Program-made: the position numbers and the translations under genes
Shown here: positions 10,994 to 21,959 of the stretch, in pieces
Numbering within the stretch: position 1 is the first letter of the stretch
Layout: each line of letters opens with the position of its first letter
Notes under the pieces: model-generated
Databases searched by the model: none
What the model saw: only the letters and a program-made list of their open reading frames with translations
Told to the model about the DNA's origin: nothing
From: Octopus bimaculoides
Taxonomy: Eukaryota
NCBI RefSeq assembly: GCF_001194135.2
Contig: NC_068982.1
Coordinates: 98,271,418-98,311,528 of the forward strand
DNA length: 40,111 nucleotides
Reading direction: 5' to 3'

Positions 10994-13028
10994 ATTTGTT
11001 CGACTACAGCTTTCAAGGCGGTGCTCCACAATGGGCGCAGTCCAGTAACGGCAACAAGTAAAGTATAAAAACACACACATGCATACACACACACACACAT
11101 ACAAACACATACGCACATACACGCACTCACGCGCGCTCACACACACAAGGTGTGGCTTTATAGAAAGAAGTTAGCATGTCAACACATGGTTCTTCAGCGA
11201 GTGTCTTCAACTATTGCATCGTGCCGACCAAAGAGTTGCGAGTGGATTTGACAGATCGAAACTAAACGGAGACCGTCGTGTGTTCGTGTGTGTGTATATA
11301 TACATATATAAGTGTGTGTGTGTGTGTGTGTGTAGTCAATCCAAACATGAACAAGTAAGAAAAAACAACAACGCGAGACCGTGGAACAAGTACTGTGTTA
11401 TTAGACACACAGGAAAGGAAAGAAAAGAGAGAGGATTTCACGTTTCGAGCGGAGCTCTTCATCAGAAATATAGAAAAAGTCCAAAGAAGGGAAGACGGAG
11501 AAAGNNNNNNNNNNNNNNNNNNNNNNNNNNNNNNNNNNNNNNNNNNNNNNNNNNNNNNNNNNNNNNNNNNNNNNNNNNNNNNNNNNNNNNNNNNNNNNNN
11601 NNNNNNNNNNNNNNNNNNNNNNNNNNNNNNNNNNNNNNNNNNNNNNNNNNNNNNNNNNNNNNNNNNNNNNNNNNNNNNNNNNNNNNNNNNNNNNNNNNNN
11701 NNNNNNNNNNNNNNNNNNNNNNNNNNNNNNNNNNNNNNNNNNNNNNNNNNNNNNNNNNNNNNNNNNNNNNNNNNNNNNNNNNNNNNNNNNNNNNNNNNNN
11801 NNNNNNNNNNNNNNNNNNNNNNNNNNNNNNNNNNNNNNNNNNNNNNNNNNNNNNNNNNNNNNNNNNNNNNNNNNNNNNNNNNNNNNNNNNNNNNNNNNNN
11901 NNNNNNNNNNNNNNNNNNNNNNNNNNNNNNNNNNNNNNNNNNNNNNNNNNNNNNNNNNNNNNNNNNNNNNNNNNNNNNNNNNNNNNNNNNNNNNNNNNNN
12001 NNNNNNNNNNNNNNNNNNNNNNNNNNNNNNNNNNNNNNNNNNNNNNNNNNNNNNNNNNNNNNNNNNNNNNNNNNNNNNNNNNNNNNNNNNNNNNNNNNNN
12101 NNNNNNNNNNNNNNNNNNNNNNNNNNNNNNNNNNNNNNNNNNNNNNNNNNNNNNNNNNNNNNNNNNNNNNNNNNNNNNNNNNNNNNNNNNNNNNNNNNNN
12201 NNNNNNNNNNNNNNNNNNNNNNNNNNNNNNNNNNNNNNNNNNNNNNNNNNNNNNNNNNNNNNNNNNNNNNNNNNNNNNNNNNNNNNNNNNNNNNNNNNNN
12301 NNNNNNNNNNNNNNNNNNNNNNNNNNNNNNNNNNNNNNNNNNNNNNNNNNNNNNNNNNNNNNNNNNNNNNNNNNNNNNNNNNNNNNNNNNNNNNNNNNNN
12401 NNNNNNNNNNNNNNNNNNNNNNNNNNNNNNNNNNNNNNNNNNNNNNNNNNNNNNNNNNNNNNNGAACTCACATGAGCCAGGAGGCTACCTGAACTCCAGG
12501 ACATGTTTACATACATACATACATACATGCATGCATGCATACATACATACATGCATACATACATACAGCCATCCATCCATCCATCCATCCATACATACAT
12601 ACATACATACATACATACATACATACGTACGTACGTACATATGTACATACATGCGGACGTACATACGTACACTTAGTTGTGGAGGTATTTGTAGATGCAA
12701 ATGCAATTTCGAAATTCTGTTTGATACTTGTAAAGTTTCCCTACACACGTCTTAGCAGTCTTAATGTTATCTAGTAACATTCCTTGAACGTACATCAAAA
12801 TATATATTTGATTGCAGGCGTGCATTATGCTTATATGCATATATGTATATATATATGTGTTTGCATGTGTTTGACTGAGAAAGAGACAGCGATGAAAAGA
12901 GAGGAAGAAAGAGGGAATGTGTATGTATGTGTGTGTTGTGTGCGCATGTGTGTAAGAATGGGAGCGTGGAGTAAGAACCTTTTCAGTGTGTCTCTGTAAT
13001 TTTGTGATCGCTTCGTTTTTTCTTGCAG

Positions 13029-13060
13029 TTTACTGCTATCTCAAAGACTTGATAACTAAG
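13029..13060 (+). other. Candidate 32-nt micro-exon
   Basis: Acceptor cttcgttttttcttgcag| and donor taag|gtaaaa. Only one frame is open (YCYLKDLITK). No partner exon identified. Confidence 0.35.
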
Positions 13061-13089
13061 GTAAAAATGATTTCCACCATTTGGGAAGA

Positions 13090-14146
13090 GGAAAACAGCA
13101 ACAACAACAACAACAACAACAACAACAGCAAAAACAGTACTGAGACAAGTATCAGGAACACAAAGGTGGTGACAGTAGTAGTGGTGGTGGTGGTGGTGGT
13201 GGTAGTGGTAATCGAGGTAATGATAGCGGCGGTGGTGGTGGTGGATACGATGGGGATGCTAGTGGTGGTGTTGGTGGTGGTGATGGTAGCGGTGGTAGCG
13301 GTGGTAGTGGTGGTGTTNNNNNNNNNNNNNNNNNNNNNNNNNNNNNNNNNNNNNNNNNNNNNNNNNNNNNNNNNNNNNNNNNNNNNNNNNNNNNNNNNNN
13401 NNNNNNNNNNNNNNNNNNNNNNNNNNNNNNNNNNNNNNNNNNNNNNNNNNNNNNNNNNNNNNNNNNNNNNNNNNNNNNNNNNNNNNNNNNNNNNNNNNNN
13501 NNNNNNNNNNNNNNNNNNNNNNNNNNNNNNNNNNNNNNNNNNNNNNNNNNNNNNNNNNNNNNNNNNNNNNNNNNNNNNNNNNNNNNNNNNNNNNNNNNNN
13601 NNNNNNNNNNNNNNNNNNNNNNNNNNNNNNNNNNNNNNNNNNNNNNNNNNNNNNNNNNNNNNNNNNNNTCATTGACACGTCTGGTGTCTATTGTTGATGT
13701 TGTTGTTGGTGGTGTTGATGGTGGTAGTAGTAGTGATAATGATGGTGGTGGTGTTGGAGGTGCTGTTGTTGTTGTTGAAGATGGTGATGGTGATGATCGT
13801 GGTAGTGGTGGTGGTGGTAGTGATCGTTGTGGTGGTAGCGTAGTGGTGGTGCTGCTGGTTTTGGTGGAGGTGATGGTGGTGGTAATGATCGTGATGGTAA
13901 TGGCGGTGTTAATTAGCGGTGGTGGCGGTGGTTGATTAGTATCGATATTGGTAACGACAGCCATGTTGGTGTTGTTGCTGGTGGTGGTAGTGTAATGATA
14001 ATGATCATGTTGTTGTTTATAGTGACGATGATGATGATGATGATGATGATAATGATGGTGATAATAGTGTTGGTGGTGGTGGTGATGGTGGTGGTGTAAT
14101 GATAATGATCATGTTGTGGTTTGTAGATGATGATGATGATGATGAC

Positions 14147-14185
<39 letters not shown>

Positions 14186-14480
14186 AATGATTATGGTGAT
14201 AATAGTGTTGTGGTGGTGGTGGTGGTGATGGTGGTAGTATAATGATAATGATCATGTTGTTGTTTGTAGTGATGATGATGATGATGATGATAATGATTAT
14301 GGTGATAATAGTAATGGTGGTGGTGGTGGTGGTGAGATGATGGTGCTTGTTATTGGTGGCGGTGGCGGCTGAAGGTAGTTTTGTTGGTTATTACGGGTGC
14401 TAACCATGTTGATGGTAACGTTGTTGATAATGGTGATGCTGACGGTGCTAATGATGTTGATGCTGGTGGTGATGGCGATA
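13090..14480. repeat. Compound GGT/GAT/GTT trinucleotide low-complexity region, with a higher-order repeat at 13990-14330
   Basis: Direct reading of the sequence; this region explains the poly-V and poly-P ORFs. Confidence 0.95.
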
Positions 14481-14496
14481 GTTGCTGGTTGGTATT

Positions 14497-14527
14497 ACAA
14501 ATGCAAATAAAATAAATTTGCATTTGT
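14497..14527. promoter_or_regulatory. Perfect 12-bp inverted repeat containing two octamer motifs (ATGCAAAT / ATTTGCAT)
   Basis: acaaatgcaaat-aaaataa-atttgcatttgt. The structure is certain; regulatory function is inferred. Confidence 0.4.
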
Positions 14528-14584
14528 TCTACCGTCGACGGAGTTTGGAATAGCAATTGAAGACGAGGATCAATGCAAAAGGGC

Positions 14585-14640
14585 GCATTGACCTGCCGTA
14601 GCAGCTGGCACACTTTGACCATGCTGTAAGTGCAGGTAAC
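14585..14640 (-). ncRNA. Candidate pre-miRNA hairpin (56 nt)
   Basis: 5p GUUACCUGCACUUACAGCAUGG / loop UCAAAGUGUGCC / 3p AGCUGCUACGGCAGGUCAAUGC. By manual folding 19 of 22 5p nt pair. UG lies at -14/-13 and CCUC (CNNC) at +17. Confidence 0.55.
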
Positions 14641-14736
14641 CGTTCATACTGACATTGGAAGAATACATACAGCTAGTGTTAGGCTGACTCCAGAGACTGC
14701 AAACCTGAAAAGCAGAGGAAGAGCGAGCGAGCGAGT

Positions 14737-14782
14737 GAGTGAACGACGGTGAGTGAACGACGGTGAGTGAACGACGGTGAGT
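14737..14782. repeat. 14-bp tandem repeat (gagtgaacgacggt)x3
   Basis: Units at 14737, 14751 and 14765, followed by gagt. Confidence 0.95.
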
Positions 14783-15264
14783 ATGATGTCGAGTTAGTTT
14801 GGAGAAAGACGACGAGTGTGGAGTGAGCATAGAAGGAACGAGAGAGAGAAAGAGATGGAAAGAGGGAGAGAGAGAGAGTGGAAGAGAGAGGGTGTGTGTG
14901 TGTGAGAGAGAGAGAGAGCAAGAGAGACAGAACAAGAGAGACAGAGAGACAGAAGCAGAGAGTGTGCGTAGACTAGGAGAGAAAGCAGTGTGTTGTGTGA
15001 TAAATATAGATAGATAGATAGTGAAAGGTGGGTGAGAGTGGTATATGTGAAAGAGAGAAAGGGAGAGAGAAAGAAACTGTGTGTGTTTCGGGGGACGTGT
15101 TGTCTGTATGTGTCTGACAGAGAGAAATATTAAATGATTAAGTCTGCGATGGTGTGACTGCAGATGTGTCTATAACTGTGTGTTTGAGCAAGCTGTGAGT
15201 GTGACAGAAAGGGTAGAGTTGATATGTAAATGACATAGGGAGACTTACTGAGACGAAGAGGAAA

Positions 15265-15295
<31 letters not shown>

Positions 15296-15601
15296 CCACG
15301 CGTATGTATGCATGTGTGTATGTGTATGTCTGTGACTACGTGAGGGGCCGAGAGTGTGAGTATGAGTGAATCGTTTAATAGTGTGTACGTGAATATGTGT
15401 ACCTGAGTTTGTGTCAAGAGAGCGTGAGAGGAAGAGTGGGAGTCAGCGAAGTGACAGAGAGGGAGAGAAAGGGGGGGAAGAAAGAGAGAGATGACAAGAG
15501 AAGTAGCGTGAATTTATGTTGAAGGCTGTAAGTGGCGGTGAGGGAGGTAGGTGTGTATGAGTGAGTATGTGTGTGTGTGTATGTAAGAAAGAGTAGGAAG
15601 G

Positions 15602-15638
<37 letters not shown>

Positions 15639-15718
15639 GTATGTGTATGAGCGAGACAAAGAAAAGTGTATGGAGATGCAAATGGAAACAGACAGACAAT
15701 AGAGAGGCAGACGAACAG

Positions 15719-15719
15719 G

Positions 15720-15771
<52 letters not shown>

Positions 15772-15860
15772 CAGACAAGCAGATAGATAGATAGATAGAT
15801 AGACAGACAGATAGATAAATAGATAGATAGATGGATAGATAGATAGATAGATAGATAGAC
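15719..15860. repeat. (GATA)n microsatellite
   Basis: agatagat array. Further (GT)n at 16008-16068 and (CT)n at 5618-5676, 16435-16500 and 17055-17097. Confidence 0.97.
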
Positions 15861-16006
15861 AGAGAGACAGAGAGACAGACAGACATAAATTGATAGATAG
15901 ATAGGAGATAAGTGAAAGAGAAATGGAAGTAGACAGCAGCAGCAGTAGTTGTAGCAGTATTAACAGCAGCAGCAGTAGTTAAAGCAGCTTGTTCGCGTAC
16001 GCAGCG

Positions 16007-16068
<62 letters not shown>

Positions 16069-16434
16069 NNNNNNNNNNNNNNNNNNNNNNNNNNNNNNNN
16101 NNNNNNNNNNNNNNNNNNNNNNNNNNNNNNNNNNNNNNNNNNNNNNNNNNNNNNNNNNNNNNNNNNNNNNNNNNNNNNNNNNNNNNNNNNNNNNNNNNNN
16201 NNNNNNNNNNNNNNNNNNNNNNNNNNNNNNNNNNNNNNNNNNNNNNNNNNNNNNNNNNNNNNNNNNNNNNNNNNNNNNNNNNNNNNNNNNNNNNNNNNNN
16301 NNNNNNNNNNNNNNNNNNNNNNNNNNNNNNNNNNNNNNNNNNNNNNNNNNNNNNNNNNNNNNNNNNNNNNNNNNNNNNNNNNNNNNNNNNNNNNNNNNNN
16401 NNNNNNNNNNNNNNNNNNNNNNNNNNNNNNNNNN

Positions 16435-16470
<36 letters not shown>

Positions 16471-17050
16471 TCTCTCCCCCTCTCTGTCTCTCTCTCCCCC
16501 TCTATCTGCACCACCTTCCTCCTTCCTGCTATGCTTATGAACCTCGTCTTGCAGTAAACCTTAATTCTATGAATATATAAAAGTAGGGAAATATTGATTC
16601 TAATGTAGGGACCACATCATTCCTAGCTGAAGGGACGACACCATTCTTTGTGTTTGGAATTCCTGTCGAAGTTTATTTTATATTATTTTGTTGTTGTTGT
16701 TGTTTTTTATTCTCAATGTTGTTTGATTTGCTTTTGTTGTTGTTTTTTAATTCACTTCATTTGTAAATAAAGAAATCATTATTAATGTTGAGATTAACGT
16801 TGTTGTTGCTGTTGCTTGTTACTGCTATAATTATTTATTTTCTGTAATACTTTCTCTTACGACAAATAACTCAAAAAGTGATGCAGAACCCACCCCCTTC
16901 TCACTCCTTTTCTCTTCTTTCTTTCTCTCTTGTTACCTTTATCTTTTACTCTCTTTTTCTTTCTTACTTACGTTCTTTCTCTCGTTCTTGTTTGTTTATT
17001 TTCTTATTTTGCTTTCTGATTGTCTGTCTCTTTTCCCCTCTCTCCCTCCC

Positions 17051-17097
<47 letters not shown>

Positions 17098-18622
17098 NNN
17101 NNNNNNNNNNNNNNNNNNNNNNNNNNNNNNNNNNNNNNNNNNNNNNNNNNNNNNNNNNNNNNNNNNNNNNNNNNNNNNNNNNNNNNNNNNNNNNNNNNNN
17201 NNNNNNNNNNNNNNNNNNNNNNNNNNNNNNNNNNNNNNNNNNNNNNNNNNNNNNNNNNNNNNNNNNNNNNNNNNNNNNNNNNNNNNNNNNNNNNNNNNNN
17301 NNNNNNNNNNNNNNNNNNNNNNNNNNNNNNNNNNNNNNNNNNNNNNNNNNNNNNNNNNNNNNNNNNNNNNNNNNNNNNNNNNNNNNNNNNNNNNNNNNNN
17401 NNNNNNNNNNNNNNNNNNNNNNNNNNNNNNNNNNNNNNNNNNNNNNNNNNNNNNNNNNNNNNNNNNNNNNNNNNNNNNNNNNNNNNNNNNNNNNNNCTAT
17501 CTATCTATTTTATTTGTCTATCTGCCTGTCTGTCTGTCTCACTTTTCTCCAGTCTTTCGCTTTGTCTCGTGTTCTTCGCCTCTGATTTACATCTCAGGTA
17601 ATCATTGGTGTAGGAGGGAACTTCGGTCTGTTTGGCTGGAGAGTTAAAAATAAATCGATGACTCATTGCTACCATTACGAAGACTCGATCACATGAACAC
17701 AGGAGACAAAACTACACGCGCGCACACACATACACACACACGCACGAACGCGCGCACAAACGCACACACATACATATGAATGTATATAAACATATATGAA
17801 CGTATGTATATGCATAAATACACGCATAAATGTATGTATTTATATTGTAAATATGTGTATCTTATAATGTGTGTATGTATATGTATAATACACACACACA
17901 CACACACACACACACATAATGTATGTATTAGGTATGCACACGCGCGCGCACACATGCGCTTACTGGAAACAATTGACTTGGAATTGCTAAAGCGTTCTGA
18001 ATGAATGTAGAAACATCACATAAAAGTGAAATAACAGTGGAAAGTGTTGCATTTATGTGTATGTGTGTTTGTGTGTGCATGGGTATATGTAAGTAAGTAT
18101 ATATGTTTACATGTATATGTGTACACGTGTAGATGGATAGATTATGTTCTTGTGACTCTTGTATTGGATATTTTCGTGTATCTTGCATAAATTATGATAA
18201 TTATACACTGCCCATATTTCTCCGCCCCTTTTCAATACTTATCTAAATAAATTATTCAAGTGTCTACACAAAAAGAAAAGCAAATAAATGTATAAATAAA
18301 ATAAAAACCGAAGTAGCTCAGTGTGATTTCTGAAAAGACAAGATTTAAAGAGGCTGATATGATATAACATTGGATTTCAATATTTTAATGCATTTAATTC
18401 AGTTACTCGACTCTTCTAAGTTCGAATCTCGACAGAATTGGATCAGTGTGTTTACTTCGATACATTAAGTAGAATGTAGAAGAGTCAGTCGTCACTCGCA
18501 AGCGAGTGTGACTTAGTATCACGTGTCATGCTTTCATTAACTGCTTTGCGTTCCTATGTAGCTGCGAGGAGACATAGATACCCTTTTGGCTCTCTCATCG
18601 TTGACCCCATAGAAAAGCCAGA

Positions 18623-18793
18623 CGGTAGCGTAGCTGGGAGTAGAGGCAAGGGGGTGCTCCACCTCGGGTAAGGCTATTTTGAAAGCATCACTTTTGGGTC
18701 TGCTGCTGTATAACCCTAACCCCAATTGGGTCCTGGAGGTGGAGAAAAGCTCAAGCGTTGTTCCAGTCGGCATTCACTCTAGCTACATCACTG
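18623..18793 (-). mobile_element. 171-bp MITE, second diverged member of the 9977-10143 family
   Basis: Degenerate TIRs cggtagcgtagct and revcomp cagtgatgtagct. The minus strand shares caggaccc...cagcagacccaaaagtg with the 9977 copy. No TSD recognisable. Confidence 0.7.
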
Positions 18794-18869
18794 GATCGAA
18801 GATGTAAAGGCTGGAGAGGAGAAGAGAGAGCAGCACCAGTACCAGGCTGGTACGCATTAAAGCCGAAGA

Positions 18870-18985
18870 GATAGGAGCAACGTGAAACGAAGTAGTTTGT
18901 TGGAAGACACGACGTGCAGTCCGTTCCTGGAACTGAACCTAAGATCTTATGATCGTCAGCCAAGCATTCTAACCACTACACTACA
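18870..18985 (-). mobile_element. Degenerate tRNA-derived SINE head (family C/D-like)
   Basis: Minus strand gtgtagtggttagaatgcttggctgacgatcataagatcttaggttcagttccagga...cttcgtttcacgttgctcc resembles the head at 38990. Confidence 0.6.
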
Positions 18986-19824
18986 TACCTTCACATTAAA
19001 TAGCAATGAGAAGTCAATTTGNNNNNNNNNNNNNNNNNNNNNNNNNNNNNNNNNNNNNNNNNNNNNNNNNNNNNNNNNNNNNNNNNNNNNNNNNNNNNNN
19101 NNNNNNNNNNNNNNNNNNNNNNNNNNNNNNNNNNNNNNNNNNNNNNNNNNNNNNNNNNNNNNNNNNNNNNNNNNNNNNNNNNNNNNNNNNNNNNNNNNNN
19201 NNNNNNNNNNNNNNNNNNNNNNNNNNNNNNNNNNNNNNNNNNNNNNNNNNNNNNNNNNNNNNNNNNNNNNNNNNNNNNNNNNNNNNNNNNNNNNNNNNNN
19301 NNNNNNNNNNNNNNNNNNNNNNNNNNNNNNNNNNNNNNNNNNNNNNNNNNNNNNNNNNNNNNNNNNNNNNNNNNNNNNNNNNNNNNNNNNNNNNNNNNNN
19401 NNNNNNNNNNNNNNNNNNNNNNNNNNNNNNNNNNNNNNNNNNNNNNNNNNNNNNNNNNNNNNNNNNNNNNNNNNNNNNNNNNNNNNNNNNNNNNNNNNNN
19501 NNNNNNNNNNNNNNNNNNNNNNNNNNNNNNNNNNNNNNNNNNNNNNNNNNNNNNNNNNNNNNNNNNNNNNNNNNNNNNNNNNNNNNNNNNNNNNNNNNNN
19601 NNNNNNNNNNNNNNNNNNNNNNNNNNNNNNNNNNNNNNNNNNNNNNNNNNNNNNNNNNNNNNNNNNNNNNNNNNNCCCCGCCCCCCCCCCGTTCGCCAGC
19701 GCGCATTTTTTTTTTTCATATTCGTTTACTACATGTTTTACACCTATTGCACTATTTATTTTTCCATGCTAGGATCAAACACTGGAGTTTGACCGTCAAT
19801 TTCTCTTCCTCAGATTATTTATAT

Positions 19825-20225
19825 AGGCACAGCCATGACTGGGTGGTTAAGAAACTCGTTTTGAATCACGTAGTTTCGCTTTCAGTCCCACTGCACAGCA
19901 CCTTGGGTAAATGTCTTCTACTATAGCCCCCGGTTGACCAATACCTTATTAGTGAATTTGGATTTGGTCGACGGAAACTATGCGGAAGCCCAACGTGCGT
20001 GTGTGTGTTTATGCGTGTGCGTTCGTACTTGTGTCTGATTGTATCCCCAGCCGCCACTTGACAAACGATTTGGGTTTGTTTAAGCCCTCATAACTTGGCT
20101 ATTCTTCAAAAAAACCCAGTAGAATCAGCACCAGACTTAATACAAAAATAAGTCCTGGGCTCGATTTGTTCGACTAAACCCTTCATGGTGATGCTCCAGC
20201 ATGACCGCAGCCCAATGACCGAGTG
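19825..20225 (+). mobile_element. SINE family B, near full length
   Basis: Head ...tttcagtcccactgcacagcaccttgggtaaatgtcttctactatagcc, central (GT) tract and tail ataagtcctgggctcgatttgttcgact...gctccagcatgaccgcag. Confidence 0.88.
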
Positions 20226-20982
20226 AAGTGTGACACATATATGTACTTTCTGCTTAGTCAAAACCAACCAAAATGAAATATGTGCAGCCCCAGACGTTTA
20301 GGACTAAGGGATTTTAAGAAGCTGTGACATTGAAGATAATCCTAGCAGCATTCATGATTGCTGTGAAGACGAGCTAACAAGAGAATCTCAGACATGCTAG
20401 AAATAGCAAGTAAATCTCGATTTCATCTTTAAAATGAATGGCTCATTGAGTTTTTAACGTTTTCCATTGCTTTTTTTCATAGGATGAAGGGCAGCACCCA
20501 TGAGGCTGGTGAGAGGAATTTATCCTTAAACCAGAACAGTAAAGCACTAAACGACGGGGACTGATAAAACAAAAATGGTGCCAGAAGAAATGCTGTGTCC
20601 CTTCTCACTAGCGCTTGGAGTAAGGACTGCGGGATAGTGGTGTCACCATCCCTTTTTCCTCCTTTGCTATGTCTATGAACTGGAGAACTAGTCGGAATGC
20701 TCGCAGCTGAGTGCATTCCGTTAGAGATGATCGATCAGGCTTCACCATGGGTTAAATTTCATCCTCTTCCTCCTCATCATTATCATCTTCATCATCGCGG
20801 TCATCGTCATTGTCATCATCATCAGCAACAACAACAACAGCAGCAGCTTATGTGAAGAGTAAGTGATAAAATTTAAACTCACCAGTATACATATTCCAAA
20901 CTAAAATTAATTCAATATTAATATGTGATTACTATTGCTCTTTCCTCGCTACATAATTATTATAATTATAATCATTATCGTT

Positions 20983-21545
20983 GAACGGATTCAGCTATTG
21001 GTCGACTGCATCGTGAAGATTGCTCCACCGCCTTCCTTCGGCAGGGAAGAGTAGACAGTTTTTCTCTGTTTGGTGGCTGTGGTGAAAGAGGTTGTGTGGT
21101 GGACGCAACTAAAAGTGCTGAAAACAGGCATGTTCCTCTTCAGCCAAGCCCTCGTCAACTTTTTTAGGTTCTACTTGGAAAGGAAAGTGAAAGTAGAGAA
21201 GGAAGTGCTGTCTCCTAGTAAATATGTTGAAAAGTGCGTAAATGTAGCGGGAATGGCCCGAGTAAATTGGCCCTACTGTAATCCTACGTCTGTAGCCTGA
21301 AATTTGTGGAGGAGAGAAAAGCACTTACCATGGTGCACCTGGTGAGTAGGGTGATTCGAAATCAGTGGAATTCTTTAGTTGCCCTTTGGGAATTTCATTG
21401 TTTGTAATTTTATTGTTACTGTTTTTATCGTTTACACGTGTTTTATATAAACACCACTGTCCTTTGTTTTATATCGCAATATCGCATTTCCCTTTGTGTG
21501 CGGCTCTTGTGGCCCAAAAAAGAAAGAAAAAAAGAATGAAAAAAT
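20983..21545 (+). mobile_element. L1/Tx1-clade LINE 3' end (ORF2 C-terminus, 3' UTR, A-rich tail)
   Basis: RIQLLVDCIVKIAPPPSFGREE*TVFLCLVAVVKEVVWWTQLKVLKTGMFLFSQALVNFFRFYLERKVKVEKEVL..GMARVN resembles the Tx1 ORF2 end. It is homologous to 37570-37900 and ends in aaaaaagaaagaaaaaaagaa. Confidence 0.7.
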
Positions 21546-21566
21546 CATTTTTATCGTTATTATTAT

Positions 21567-21785
21567 TAAGGCAATAAGAAGGCAGAATCGTTAGCACGCT
21601 GGACAAAATGCTTAGCGGCGTTTCATCTGTCTTACTTTCTTGGTTCAAATGCCGCGGGGCCCGACATGCCTTTGATCCTTTCGGAATCCTTTCTAAGAAA
21701 TAAGTACCAGTTGAACACTGGGTGATGTAATACACTTACCTCCACCCCTGAAATCGCTGGCCTTGTATCAAAATTTGAAACCATT
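21567..21785 (+). mobile_element. SINE family A
   Basis: ggcagaatcgttagcacgctggacaaaatgcttagcggcg...ggttcaaatgccgc...aataagtaccagttg...ggccttgtatcaaaatttgaaaccatt. Confidence 0.88.
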
Positions 21786-21959
21786 ATTATTATTTGGGTT
21801 TGGTTCATATATATATATATATATATATATATANNNNNNNNNNNNNNNNNNNNNNNNNNNNNNNNNNNNNNNNNNNNNNNNNNNNATATATATATGTATG
21901 TATGTATGTATGTATGCATGTATGTATGTATGTATGTATGTATACATGTATGCATGTAT

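Noticed and set aside
14570-14704. Coding exon MYSSNVSMNGYLHLQHGQSVPAATAG (minus), or the MVKVCQLL frame
   Set aside because: No good donor (gtcaat), an early stop and no homology. The hairpin explains the sequence better, though coding is not formally excluded.
18405-18515. Inverted repeat gactcttcta/tagaagagtc and the cactcgcaagcgagtg palindrome
   Set aside because: The spacer resembles a decayed family A SINE, and the stems are too short for a structured RNA call.
21109-21335. Minus-strand ATG|gtaagt and acceptor-like motifs with a 71-aa ORF as host exons
   Set aside because: They lie antisense to the Tx1 ORF2 end and 3' UTR, and the implied intron would be only 32 nt.
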